Shown here one piece after another: positions 19,269-29,564 of a stretch of 64,000 bases of DNA. The stretch covers positions 1,536,001-1,600,000 of the forward strand of contig OZ242326.1 of assembly GCA_965208325.1 (NCBI GenBank). The letters run 5' to 3'. The DNA is from Candidatus Poribacteria bacterium. GTDB taxonomy: Bacteria; Poribacteria; WGA-4E; PCPOR2b. How positions within the stretch are numbered: position 1 is the stretch's first letter; the number at the start of each line of letters is the position of its first letter. A program made the translations under genes and the position numbers. Below the pieces are notes generated by a model. The model saw only the letters and a program-made list of their open reading frames with translations. It made no database searches and was not told where the DNA came from.

Positions 19269-19475
19269 TGCCATTTTATGGACGGGCGTTCATAGTTAAT
19301 GTATTCACAACGGTAATCCGAGAAGTAAAGGCGGTCATCATCCCGCAAGGATTTTCAATGTGAATCAGAGCAACTCATGGCGAGGCATTCTATATTTCTT
19401 GGAAATCAATCTGTATACGCCCAATTCTCAAGAAGGCGGCGGCAAGGTCTCAGATTGTAGTGGGAGGGCAAACTC

Positions 19476-20465
19476 ATGGCAAGGGTCCATATTCCAAAAC
19501 CGTGGAACATCCCCGAGCGGGAAGTTACACCAGAAGCGGATTTTATAAACCGCCGCCGCTTCCTAACAGGCATAGCCGGTGCGGGACTTTCGATAGCTGG
19601 CGCTTCACTCCTTGGGTGTGAAAGCAACTCGGAATCAAAGACTCCGACCAAATCTGACGCCAACTTCACAAACTTTGAATCATTTGAACGGAATCCAAAT
19701 TTTGCAAAAGTCGACCGCCCGCTAACTGATGAAGCGTTGGCAGCCAAATACAATAACTTTTATGAATTCGGGGGTACGAAGTCCATTTGGAAAAAGGCTC
19801 AAGCCCTGCCGACGGAAAACTGGAAGGTGGAAGTTTCAGGCATGGTCCAGAATCCTCGAACCTACGATCTGGACGATATTGGGAAGAAGTTCCCGTTAGA
19901 AGAGCGCGTCTACCGTTTCCGCTGCGTTGAGGCGTGGGCAATGGTTGTTCCGTGGACAGGGTTCCCAATGAGATTGCTTATTGAAGACGTGCAACCTGCA
20001 TCAGCGGCGAAATTCGTGCGGTTTACCACGTATTACAATCGGAAAATTACTAAAGGCCCGTTTTGGCCGCCCGCGTCTCGGCTACCCTGGCCGTATACAG
20101 AAGGTCTCCGCATAGACGAGATGGCAAACGAACTTGCGTTCTTTGCCGTCGGCATCTACGGGCACGCACTTCCAAAACAACACGGTGCACCCATCCGCGA
20201 AGTCGTACCGTGGAAATACGGTTTCAAAGGTGCTAAATCAATTGTCAAAATTGAGTTCATCGACAAGCAGCCCGCTACGTTCTGGAATACCCTCCAACCG
20301 ACCGAATACGATTTTGAAGCCAATGTCAATCCTAATAAGCCTCACCCGCGTTGGTCGCAAGCCACAGAACGTATGATTGGCCCCGGGCGCGCTTCCTCAT
20401 GGGAGAGGCGCCCCACCCTTCTTTATAACGGTTACGCTGAATATGTCAAACATCTTTATGCCTGA
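19476..20465 (+). CDS. msrP: Protein-methionine-sulfoxide reductase catalytic subunit MsrP (molybdoenzyme)
   Basis: Tat motif NRRRFL; YNNFYEFG, ERVYRFRCVEAWAMVVPW, HGAPIR.VVPWKYGFKGAKSIV, HPRWSQATER. Confidence 0.93.
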   Translation: MARVHIPKPWNIPEREVTPEADFINRRRFLTGIAGAGLSIAGASLLGCESNSESKTPTKSDANFTNFESFERNPNFAKVDRPLTDEALAAKYNNFYEFGGTKSIWKKAQALPTENWKVEVSGMVQNPRTYDLDDIGKKFPLEERVYRFRCVEAWAMVVPWTGFPMRLLIEDVQPASAAKFVRFTTYYNRKITKGPFWPPASRLPWPYTEGLRIDEMANELAFFAVGIYGHALPKQHGAPIREVVPWKYGFKGAKSIVKIEFIDKQPATFWNTLQPTEYDFEANVNPNKPHPRWSQATERMIGPGRASSWERRPTLLYNGYAEYVKHLYA

Positions 20466-20487
20466 TAAAGGTTGGGCAAATTCGGTG

Positions 20488-22185
20488 TTAATTTCCTCTT
20501 GATGAAACTTTTGAATCGAGATTTTCAGTCTCCACGGATTCTTCCTCCGGGAAACCCAGCCCCAAAGACGCCTCCTGGCTGTTCAAATAGTCATCAACGG
20601 CATGCCTGACAAGTTCAGATAATCCTTCGTCCTTTGATTTTGCCAAGCGATTTAATCGCGTAACCTGTGAATCCGTAATCCAAACGCGTTCTCGTTGCGC
20701 TTTCACAGATGCTGTGGATGGTGAGTTTGGAATCTCTTCGGCATTTCCCGCCTTAATGATGCGGACTGCTTCTTGCAACTGTTTATCATGTTCCAAATCA
20801 AAGATTGGGGCAAGGCCAACATTGTTATTGAAAGTCCGAAGGACATTAACCTTAACTAATGCTGGGTCAATATCAATGTCATTTTCCAAAAGTGTGTCAA
20901 TCAATCGGGGTAACTCTGCCTCAATTTTAGAAAACTCAATCGGGGTTTCGCCGTGCAGCTTTTCCTCCTCTTCAATCCATTTCTCGACAAACGCCTCAAC
21001 ATAATTTCGCGCCTTGGTGACCTTCGCGGCGTCCACAATATCCAGCGTCGGATCGACAATATAATTGGGGATGATTCCGTCTTCATTAATTGAAACACCG
21101 CTTGGAGTATAGTAGGTCGAAATTGTTAGCGAAAAAGCGCCTCCTATCTTCTCAAGGACATAGCGTTTGTTCACCACACCCTTTCCGAAAGTTTCGGTAC
21201 CGAGCAATTTACCCCGTTTGGAGTCCTTGATAGCTCCGGCAACAATTTCAGCGCCGCTGGCGCTTAATCCATTAACTAGGACAATCAGATTCACATCGGC
21301 GTCGCAAAGTACTTTAGGCCGTGCCATGTACACTTGATTGGATTCCGGAGTTCTCCCCTTTGTAGATACGATGACCCCTTCGGAAATAAAGGCATCTGCA
21401 ACGAAGTAGGCATGATCAAGGATGCCGCCGGAATTATATCTGAGATCTAGGATGAGAGATTTCAGCCCATCGCCTTCGGCTTGCTGAAGTTCTTCTAACC
21501 TTTCTTGGAATTCTTGGCTTGTTCTTCCGGTGAATTGACTGATTGCGATATATCCAATTCCATCGCCAATCATCGCTTTCTCAACGCTGGGCGGTTTGAT
21601 TACATCCCGCGTCAACGTCACATCAAATGCTTCAGGATTACCACGGCGTTGGACCGTAATTGTGACTTGTGTCCCAACTTTACCTCTCAAAATGTCCACA
21701 ACATCAAAAATCGACTGCCCGCTTGGACTAATTCTTATTTGGTCGCCATTCACCTTTGTAATAAAATCACCGGCTCGCAAGCCAGATCGCAGTGCAGGGG
21801 AATTGGGCATTGGGCGGGTAATTTTTATGAATCCTTTATCCTCAACGATTCGGATGCCGAGTCCACCAAAAGCCCCATGGTAGAGATTTTCAGCCTCACG
21901 TTTCAGACTTCTTGGCGAAAGATAGAAAGCGTACGGATCTTCTAGGGCACCTAGTGCGCCTTTGATCGCTCCTTCATACATATCTTCCCGATTTACTTCC
22001 TTGTAATAATTCCTCTCCGATTCCTTAATGACGGTGTTTAAAGCGTCAAGCATGGTGTATGTGTTCCGCTTCCCATCCCGGTCACTGAAGGCACGTTTTC
22101 CTCCTACCGGTATGAAGAGGAGCGAAGTAATGGCTGCAACAATCACCGCGATGATGATTATCGCGTGTTTTTTGGAATGAAACAT
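20488..22185 (-). CDS. ctpA: S41A carboxy-terminal processing protease (PDZ) with C-terminal ribbon-helix-helix-like extension
   Basis: N-terminal TM; FGGLGI PDZ motif, ILDLRYNSGG, SASGAEIVAGAIKD, GTETFGKG, YYTPSG.SI; tail VWITDSQVTRLNRLAK...LSELVRHAVDDYL. Confidence 0.88.
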   Translation of the reverse strand: MFHSKKHAIIIIAVIVAAITSLLFIPVGGKRAFSDRDGKRNTYTMLDALNTVIKESERNYYKEVNREDMYEGAIKGALGALEDPYAFYLSPRSLKREAENLYHGAFGGLGIRIVEDKGFIKITRPMPNSPALRSGLRAGDFITKVNGDQIRISPSGQSIFDVVDILRGKVGTQVTITVQRRGNPEAFDVTLTRDVIKPPSVEKAMIGDGIGYIAISQFTGRTSQEFQERLEELQQAEGDGLKSLILDLRYNSGGILDHAYFVADAFISEGVIVSTKGRTPESNQVYMARPKVLCDADVNLIVLVNGLSASGAEIVAGAIKDSKRGKLLGTETFGKGVVNKRYVLEKIGGAFSLTISTYYTPSGVSINEDGIIPNYIVDPTLDIVDAAKVTKARNYVEAFVEKWIEEEEKLHGETPIEFSKIEAELPRLIDTLLENDIDIDPALVKVNVLRTFNNNVGLAPIFDLEHDKQLQEAVRIIKAGNAEEIPNSPSTASVKAQRERVWITDSQVTRLNRLAKSKDEGLSELVRHAVDDYLNSQEASLGLGFPEEESVETENLDSKVSSRGN

Positions 22186-22431
22186 AACAACTCCCTAGGT
22201 TTACGATTTGCCTGTTTCGTACAATTGTGGTAATTATAGCACACCGTGTGTTGCACCGCAACGATGAAAGTGAAATCACATCAAGTGGTCAATGGGAACA
22301 GCGATCACACGAAAGGCTGAACTTCATGCCATTTTCAGCCTATTTTACTTTTCACCCCAAAGTCCCCGTCAAGGTTTCATACTGTTTTACTACCTTCTCA
22401 CTCTTTTCATAAATTGGTGTTTCACATGCTT

Positions 22432-23352
22432 CTATCGTTCCGGCTGAGTTTTCCACCGATTATGAACCCATAACCACTGGGATGGGAACTGGCGTACATA
22501 ATCCTCAAGAATTTTCAGAAGGCGGGCTGTATTGATCTGAACATCTTGTTCAAAATCTCCCGAGATTTCAAGTTCAACCGGCGGAGAGATAAACACGCGA
22601 TGCCGATTATCGCACTGCCGCACATCAATTGAGAATAGAATCGGCGCCCCTGTCTTGAGAGCGAGCGCAGCCGGCCCCCGAACCGCTGAGGCGTGTTCGC
22701 CAAAGAACTCAACAAATACCCCGTCTCTCCCAGCATCTTGATCCGCGAAAAAACCCACTGCAAATTTGTCCCGAAGCGCACGGAGTGTTTCCCTCACAGC
22801 TTGATGCCGAGGTATGAGTTTTAAGCCCAAGTGCTGCCGGTATTTCCAGATAAGTGCATTGAGGAATTTGTTTTTGATTGGCAGCGCAATTGCCATTGCA
22901 CGGTTTGGAAGCAGTACACCGTAAACTAGGGCGAGAAGTTCCCAATTCCCGAAATGCGGCAGAAACACGATGGCGCCTTTTCCGAGATCTAGCGCATTTA
23001 TGAGGTTCTCTTTACCGTCAACAGTGACCTGCGCCCAGATATTATCGAAGGTCATATTTGGAAACTGGAGAAATTCAACAGCCGTCTTACCGAGATTGCG
23101 AAAGTTTTCCCTGCAAATTTTCTTCCGTTCTCTGCCCGATTTCTCAGTTCCAAACACTATCTGCAAATTTTCCAGCGCGATATTGCGGCGTCTCTTGGAG
23201 GTGAAGTAGAGCACGTCCCCAATGCCGCTGCCTAAGCGCATCGCCAACTGCTTTGGGAGACGGCGGGCTATCGCAGCTAAAACCCAAACGCAAGAATAGA
23301 TTAACCTTTCACCTATCAAGGACTTTGCACCAATCCGTTGAAGATGGTTCAC
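22432..23352 (-). CDS. Lipid A late acyltransferase (LpxL/HtrB family)
   Basis: PHFGNWE, ADQDAG, VEFFG, PSQWLWVHNRWK. Confidence 0.88.
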   Translation of the reverse strand: MNHLQRIGAKSLIGERLIYSCVWVLAAIARRLPKQLAMRLGSGIGDVLYFTSKRRRNIALENLQIVFGTEKSGRERKKICRENFRNLGKTAVEFLQFPNMTFDNIWAQVTVDGKENLINALDLGKGAIVFLPHFGNWELLALVYGVLLPNRAMAIALPIKNKFLNALIWKYRQHLGLKLIPRHQAVRETLRALRDKFAVGFFADQDAGRDGVFVEFFGEHASAVRGPAALALKTGAPILFSIDVRQCDNRHRVFISPPVELEISGDFEQDVQINTARLLKILEDYVRQFPSQWLWVHNRWKTQPER

Positions 23353-23399
23353 AATCTCAATTGACGAACTAAATTCGAATGCGCTGAGTCCAAAGTATG

Positions 23400-23687
23400 T
23401 CAGCCTGCCAAAGCTTCAACTCGCTTTGCCAACTCAAAATCTAACTCGCTGATACCACCGGCATCGTGCGTCATAAGATCAATCGTTACGCGGTTGTAAA
23501 CGTTAAACCACTCAGGGTGGTGGTTCATTGATTCCGCGGCTAATGCAACGCGAGCCATAAATCCAAATGCTTCTACAAAAGAACTGAACTGAAACTGCTT
23601 GTGTAGTTTGCCATCTACAACAGTCCATCCTGGCAGATTATCGAGTTTTGCTTCAATTTTATCGTCGTTGAGTTTTTCGACCACCAT
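23400..23687 (-). CDS. phhB: Pterin-4-alpha-carbinolamine dehydratase
   Basis: [40 protein letters not shown]; true start at ATG 23687 with AAAGGGA RBS. Confidence 0.92.
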   Translation of the reverse strand: MVVEKLNDDKIEAKLDNLPGWTVVDGKLHKQFQFSSFVEAFGFMARVALAAESMNHHPEWFNVYNRVTIDLMTHDAGGISELDFELAKRVEALAG

Positions 23688-23979
23688 ACAATCCCTTTCA
23701 ATCGTTTGTTGAAAATATATTGTAAACTCAATTCCACTTTCGCATTTGCATGAAGCCATACCTGATTTAGTTGGCATTTTATTCAGATTAGCCCGGGAAG
23801 TCAAGTTAAATTCAATGCCTTCGCGCAAAGCAAGGCTGGTAGAACAAATTATTGCCAAGGTTCTTGTTGACAGAAGATTGCAATTGTTGTAATATATAGC
23901 CGCGCAAAATTCCACGTCACAAAGCCGCTGAAAATTTCGTGGATGCTAGTCATAGACTTAATTGCAACTGGAGGAAAGC

Positions 23980-25197
23980 ATGGCGGAACTACACAATGAT
24001 TTTCGTGATATTTTCCGGGTCGGACGTTACGGGTTTAGTGGGAAGAAAATTTCTCTGCATTTTTTAGGACTTGTGCTGGCATATCTCATCTATGAAATAC
24101 TTGTTTATCTTAGCCTCTTAATAGCGGGCGGTACTGCGGCGAAAGACTTTTGGGATAAGTATGGATTATTGCCGGCGCTCCCCATTGTCAATGGTGACTT
24201 TGAGACCATCACTGCCGCGGCAATGGGAACTGGTACGCTTGTGCTCTTCGTGTTGTTCTTTTCGATGAGCACAATGGTTTCCAAAATCACTATGCAACAA
24301 TTGCGGGGCGATCACTTTTTCTCGATGGGAGAGTCTATTGGCTTCGCCAAGAAAAATTGGAAGGTAGTTTTCGGAACGTTCATCGGATTAATCGTCATTT
24401 TTGTGTTATGCGCGGTAGCACCGATTGTTGTAGGGCTGCTTGGCAGGATTCCTGTCGTTGGTAACATTATCGTTATGCTGGCGTCAATCTTGACTCCCTT
24501 CGCCTTCATGCTTGGGTTATTGATGGCCTATTTGGTTGTTGTTTTTGGATTGAGTCTGTTTCTTGTGCCGTCAGTAGTTGCCGCCGCTAATTCCGACACC
24601 TTTGAAACGGTATATCAGCATTTCTCCATCATTTGGAATCAACCGTGGCGCATCGTCCTGTACGAAATCCTTCTGTTTGGAGTGAAAGTGATTTGCTCCG
24701 CGATTTGGGCGTTTTTCTGCTTGGCGGGATTTGTTATTGCAATGTTGCCCGTCCGTCTGCTGGTTCCAACGGATATGAAGGTGATTATGGGTCAGGCTGA
24801 CAAATGGCTTGGTGGTTTGATTGGTAAACTTGCTGGATTGCCATACATTGAGGCTGTCAAAGTATTCCATCTTGCCGAACCCGCAAATCTTCCAATTGCG
24901 CTTAAAATAGCTTCAATTTTCATGGCGATTTCACTTTTGGGCATCATGGGTCTGATTATAGCTTACTTGCTCTCAATAGCCTCCGCCGGGAATACGCTCA
25001 TTTACACCATACTTAGAAGGCGCGTAGACGGAGAAGATTTATTGGATGTGGATGAGGAGAAAGAGGAAATACCCACATCGCCGGCTACTCCGAATCAAGG
25101 CGAATCCCAACCGGAGGAGGCGCAGCCGGAAAATGACGAGATTTCAGAAGCACAGTCTGGTAGTGAAGAAAGTACGAACAATGGTGCAACCGAATAA
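23980..25197 (+). CDS. Integral membrane protein of unknown function with acidic C-terminal tail
   Basis: GGAGG RBS before ATG 23980; multiple hydrophobic helices. Confidence 0.7.
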   Translation: MAELHNDFRDIFRVGRYGFSGKKISLHFLGLVLAYLIYEILVYLSLLIAGGTAAKDFWDKYGLLPALPIVNGDFETITAAAMGTGTLVLFVLFFSMSTMVSKITMQQLRGDHFFSMGESIGFAKKNWKVVFGTFIGLIVIFVLCAVAPIVVGLLGRIPVVGNIIVMLASILTPFAFMLGLLMAYLVVVFGLSLFLVPSVVAAANSDTFETVYQHFSIIWNQPWRIVLYEILLFGVKVICSAIWAFFCLAGFVIAMLPVRLLVPTDMKVIMGQADKWLGGLIGKLAGLPYIEAVKVFHLAEPANLPIALKIASIFMAISLLGIMGLIIAYLLSIASAGNTLIYTILRRRVDGEDLLDVDEEKEEIPTSPATPNQGESQPEEAQPENDEISEAQSGSEESTNNGATE

Positions 25198-25252
25198 AAA
25201 TATGATTCGTAATGGTTTCATAACGGATGTTATACAAAGGTGATGACGGTTT

Positions 25253-28006
25253 ATGTTTCAGAGCGTTTTAGCCAGAGTTTTCGGCAATAAGCAGGACCGG
25301 GATGCGAAGCGATTTCAGCCAATCGTTGAAGCGGTAAATCAACAGGAGTCTGACGTCAAACGCTTATCCGATGCAGAATTGCGGTCAAAAACGCCGTATT
25401 TTCGCGAGAAAGTTGACGCCGGCGCAGACCTTGATTCGCTTTTGCCCGAGGCATTTGCCGTGGTGCGTGAAGCCGCTATTCGGACTTTAGCGCAACGTCA
25501 CTACGATGTGCAAATCATGGGGGGGGTTGCCCTTCATAATGGCAATATTGCTGAAATGAAAACAGGTGAGGGAAAAACCCTAACCTCGACGCTTGCGGTT
25601 TATTTAAATGCGCTAACGGGAAAAGGCGTCCATGTTGCTACCGTCAATGATTATCTTGCTAAACGCGACGCGGAATGGATGGGGAAAATTTACAACTTTC
25701 TCGGCCTTTCCGTCGGATTGACACTTAGCATCATGCCCGATGAACTGAAAAAGCTCGGCTACAAAGCGGACATTACTTACGGTGTGCATAGCGAATTTGG
25801 TTTTGACTACCTTCGAGACAACAAATCAACACACCTTGATGGAAGGGTACAGCGTGGACACTATTACGCGATTGTCGATGAAGTTGATAGCATTCTTATT
25901 GATGAAGCCCGTACTCCGCTGATTATTGCCGAACCCCACGGTGAACCAGTTGAACTTTATGCCAGGCTTGACCGCACTGTGCGGCAACTTCAAGCGGGTA
26001 AACACTATGAAATTGATGAAAAAAGCAGTAAGCGCGGCACGGTCAGCCTAACGGAAGATGGTGTCGATGAAGTTCAGCGTATTCTCGGCGACACGGTTCT
26101 TGATGGAAGAGATCTTTACGATTCCACCAATATGCATGTCGTACACCATGTCAACCAAGCATTGGCAGCTCATCACCTCTGGAAACGCGATGTTGACTAC
26201 GTCGTCGAAAACGGAGAGGTCATCATCGTAGATGAGTTCACGGGGCGAAAGCAACCCGGCAGGCGATGGAGTGAAGGCCTCCATCAAGCCATGGAATCGA
26301 AAGAACGAGTCAAAATCGTTCAAGAAAGCCAGACCGGCGCAAAAATCTCCTACCAAAACTATTTTCGCACCTATGAGAAACTAGCGGGAATGACAGGAAC
26401 CGCAGAGACGGAAGCCGCGGAATTTGCTCATATTTACCGTCTTGATGTTGCCGTCATTCCGACGAACGAACCGATGATCCGAATCGATAATTCTGACCAA
26501 ATTTACAAGACGGAGGATGCAAAGTTTCGAGCGGTGCTTCAAGACATAATCGAACAGCACGAACACGGGCGTCCTGTGCTGGTAGGGACAATTTCGATTG
26601 AGAAATCGGAAAAATTGAGCAAAATGCTTCGCGCGAAACGGCGCGACATTCGGCATCAGGTATTGAATGCAAAAGAACACGACCGTGAAGCAACAATTAT
26701 CGCACAAGCGGGTTTGCCCGGTGCCGTGACAATCGCCACTAACATGGCAGGGCGTGGTGTCGATATTTTGCTCGGCGGCAATCCCGAAGGCATGGTGATG
26801 GAAAGCCTGCGCAAAAAGAAGACTGATCCCGCAACCGTTGAAGAGGATTCGGAGGAGTGGAACGCCGCCTTTGAAGAAGCTAAAACCGTTTGTGACGAAA
26901 ATCGTGAGGAAGTCCTAAAATCGGGTGGTCTTCACATCATTGGAACTGAGCGGCACGATTCGCGGCGAATTGACAACCAATTGCGTGGACGTTCAGGGCG
27001 GCAGGGAGATCCCGGTTCATCTCGGTTTTATCTCTCGCTCGAAGACGACCTCATGCGCAAATTCGGATCTGATCGCCTGTCGGGAATGATGGATAGAGTC
27101 GGTATGGAGGAAGACATTCCGATTGAACACCCGTGGGTAACCAAGGCTATCGAAAAAGCACAGCGGCGGGTTGAAGAACGGCACTTCGAGATACGGAAAA
27201 ACGTATTAAAATTTGACGATGTGATGAATACGCAACGTCAAACCATCTATGATATGCGAAATAGCATCCTTGAAGGCGAGAATCTCAAAAACACAATTCG
27301 GGATATGATGGAAGATACGCTCGACGATCATTTTGAAGCCGACCTGCCCGAACGCGAGGAAGACCGGGATATTGAAAGTCTTGTCAATTGGTTAAGCCAT
27401 ACCTTCCCCATTAATCCCTCGGATTGGGAAACCCCGCCTGACAAGATGAGCCGGGAAGAGTTCCGAGAAGAGACTTCGAAAATGCTGCTTGAACTCTACG
27501 AGAAACGCGAAACCGAAATGGGAGTTGAACACATACGCGCCCTTGAACGCCTCGTGCTGCTCGATCGTATAGACAGTCACTGGAAAGATCATTTGTATAA
27601 CATTGACTACATTGAGGAAGGAATCCACCTCCGCGGGTATGGAGGAAAAGACCCTATTGTTGTCTTCAAGAACGAAGCCTATGGGGTATTTGAAACCATG
27701 TATCAGCGAATTGAAGAGGAAGTCAGCGAGTACATGTTTAAGGCGCGTATCGTTGATACAGAGACCCAAATTCGGCAGGCTAAGTCAAGGCATGCGGCAC
27801 AAGGCAGAGCAGGTTTTCGCTCCCGCCGTACTATGCCGCAACATGGGTGGCGTCGAGACGCAATGCCGCAATCAAGCGATGGGGGCGCATTCGATTCCGA
27901 TGCCTTTGCGACGCAGCAAACCGCCGCTCGGGTGCCGAAGGTTGGACGCAATGAAGCGTGTCCGTGCGGAAGCGGCAAAAAGTACAAAAAATGCCACGGC
28001 GGATAG
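25253..28006 (+). CDS. secA: Preprotein translocase ATPase SecA
   Basis: [72 protein letters not shown]. Confidence 0.98.
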   Translation: MFQSVLARVFGNKQDRDAKRFQPIVEAVNQQESDVKRLSDAELRSKTPYFREKVDAGADLDSLLPEAFAVVREAAIRTLAQRHYDVQIMGGVALHNGNIAEMKTGEGKTLTSTLAVYLNALTGKGVHVATVNDYLAKRDAEWMGKIYNFLGLSVGLTLSIMPDELKKLGYKADITYGVHSEFGFDYLRDNKSTHLDGRVQRGHYYAIVDEVDSILIDEARTPLIIAEPHGEPVELYARLDRTVRQLQAGKHYEIDEKSSKRGTVSLTEDGVDEVQRILGDTVLDGRDLYDSTNMHVVHHVNQALAAHHLWKRDVDYVVENGEVIIVDEFTGRKQPGRRWSEGLHQAMESKERVKIVQESQTGAKISYQNYFRTYEKLAGMTGTAETEAAEFAHIYRLDVAVIPTNEPMIRIDNSDQIYKTEDAKFRAVLQDIIEQHEHGRPVLVGTISIEKSEKLSKMLRAKRRDIRHQVLNAKEHDREATIIAQAGLPGAVTIATNMAGRGVDILLGGNPEGMVMESLRKKKTDPATVEEDSEEWNAAFEEAKTVCDENREEVLKSGGLHIIGTERHDSRRIDNQLRGRSGRQGDPGSSRFYLSLEDDLMRKFGSDRLSGMMDRVGMEEDIPIEHPWVTKAIEKAQRRVEERHFEIRKNVLKFDDVMNTQRQTIYDMRNSILEGENLKNTIRDMMEDTLDDHFEADLPEREEDRDIESLVNWLSHTFPINPSDWETPPDKMSREEFREETSKMLLELYEKRETEMGVEHIRALERLVLLDRIDSHWKDHLYNIDYIEEGIHLRGYGGKDPIVVFKNEAYGVFETMYQRIEEEVSEYMFKARIVDTETQIRQAKSRHAAQGRAGFRSRRTMPQHGWRRDAMPQSSDGGAFDSDAFATQQTAARVPKVGRNEACPCGSGKKYKKCHGG

Positions 28007-28164
28007 GTGAATACGGTAGTAAACATCGGAGTATTGTATTTCCCGAATTGCGGCGGTTTTTCAAATAAGTACAAAGATATATTCGGTCAATTCATCCCAA
28101 TCTCAAAACTGGTCAATGGTTTGCCGCATAACATAGCATCCAATTGACATTGGTGAGGGCGGCT

Positions 28165-28350
28165 ATGGACTCACGAGAAGAAATCAGCCAAGAGTTGCTT
28201 GCCATTTTGGCTTGTCCTGCGTGCAAAGGCGATATTGAATATGCACGGGAAGATCAGAAGCTAATCTGCGCCGGTGAGTGCAAGCGCCGTTACCCAATTC
28301 GTGATGGAATACCAGTTATGCTGATTGATGAAGCCGAATTGCCGACATGA
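28165..28350 (+). CDS. Trm112/YcaR-like small zinc-binding protein
   Basis: LLAILACPACKG...LIC..ECKRRYPIRDGIPVMLIDEA. Confidence 0.88.
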   Translation: MDSREEISQELLAILACPACKGDIEYAREDQKLICAGECKRRYPIRDGIPVMLIDEAELPT

Positions 28351-29525
28351 AGATATTATTTTTGAGCCTTAGATTCCCGTTTCCGCCTCACCGGGGAGAT
28401 CGAATTCGAGCCTATCATTTCAGCAAGCAGCTTGCTGAACACCATTCTCTAACTTTTGTCTCGTTTGTCGAATCGGACCAAGAAATATCTAATGTCAAGC
28501 AGATGGAAGCATTTTGTGATCGTGTTGAATGGGTACGTTTTCACCGGAATCGAGCTTGTCTCAATGCTCTAATCCACAGTTTTTCTAACCAGCCATTACA
28601 ACTGCATTATTGGTATGCCTCGCAAATGCAGCGAACGGTTGATAGGCTGCTGGAAAAGTATGACTTCAATCTGATTCATGTTCAACTCTTTCGCATGGCG
28701 CAATATGTCTCCCACCGTCATGGAATACCGAAGATGTTAGATTTGTGTGACTCGCTCGCGTTGAACTTGCAGCGTCGATTAGTTTTGGATCGAAGTCTAA
28801 AACGGCCGCTGGTTAGGCTTGAAGAACGCCGTGTACGCGAATATGAGGTTGAGATTGCAAAGTCTTTTGATTGGGGGACCGTAGTTGCAGATAGCGATCG
28901 AGATTATCTGCTTGAACAGGACGATTCCCTGAATCTTTCAATTGTGCCGATGGGTGTCGATTTAGAATTCTTTCAACCCACTTCAACAGCGTATCAACCG
29001 CATCTGCTCTTCACAGGTACAATGAGCTACTTTCCAAATTGGGACGCCGCACTATTTTTTTATGAGCAAATCCTCCCGCTGATTCAAACCGTGCACCCCG
29101 AGATAACGTTTAATATCGTCGGCAACCACCCGCCAGAGCAGATTAAACGGCTATCCAATGGCAACGATGTCGTTGTTACCGGACACGTTCCCGATATACG
29201 CCCCTATTTCGAACAGGCTGCTGTGTTTGTTTCTCCGCTGCGGTCAGGATCTGGGGTTCAGGTGAAAAATCTGGAAGCGATGGGAATGGGCGTTCCCGTT
29301 GTCACAACTTCAATTGGCGCACAAGGGTTGGAGGTAGAAGCTGGGAAAGACATTTTAATCGCAGATGCGCCAGAAGACTTTGCGAGGCACGTAATTGATT
29401 TAATTCAATCTCCCGATCTGCGCCTAAAAATTGGGGACGCCGGAAGACAGCTCGTCGAAACCAAATATAACTGGCCTATTTTAGCTAAACGTTTAGAAGC
29501 AGTTTACTCTCGGATTTGCAACTGA
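28347..29525 (+). CDS. GT4 glycosyltransferase
   Basis: FPFPPHRGDRIR, FTGTMSYFPN.DA, PLRSGSGVQVKNLEAMGMGVPVV. Confidence 0.9.
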   Translation: MKILFLSLRFPFPPHRGDRIRAYHFSKQLAEHHSLTFVSFVESDQEISNVKQMEAFCDRVEWVRFHRNRACLNALIHSFSNQPLQLHYWYASQMQRTVDRLLEKYDFNLIHVQLFRMAQYVSHRHGIPKMLDLCDSLALNLQRRLVLDRSLKRPLVRLEERRVREYEVEIAKSFDWGTVVADSDRDYLLEQDDSLNLSIVPMGVDLEFFQPTSTAYQPHLLFTGTMSYFPNWDAALFFYEQILPLIQTVHPEITFNIVGNHPPEQIKRLSNGNDVVVTGHVPDIRPYFEQAAVFVSPLRSGSGVQVKNLEAMGMGVPVVTTSIGAQGLEVEAGKDILIADAPEDFARHVIDLIQSPDLRLKIGDAGRQLVETKYNWPILAKRLEAVYSRICN

Positions 29526-29564
29526 CAAACTCATAATATATCAAAATAGATTAAAGGAAGGAAG

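Noticed and set aside
23688..23915. N-terminal 76 aa of the ORF-track call for phhB
   Set aside because: Family homology and the RBS begin at ATG 23687; the upstream part is the divergent promoter region.
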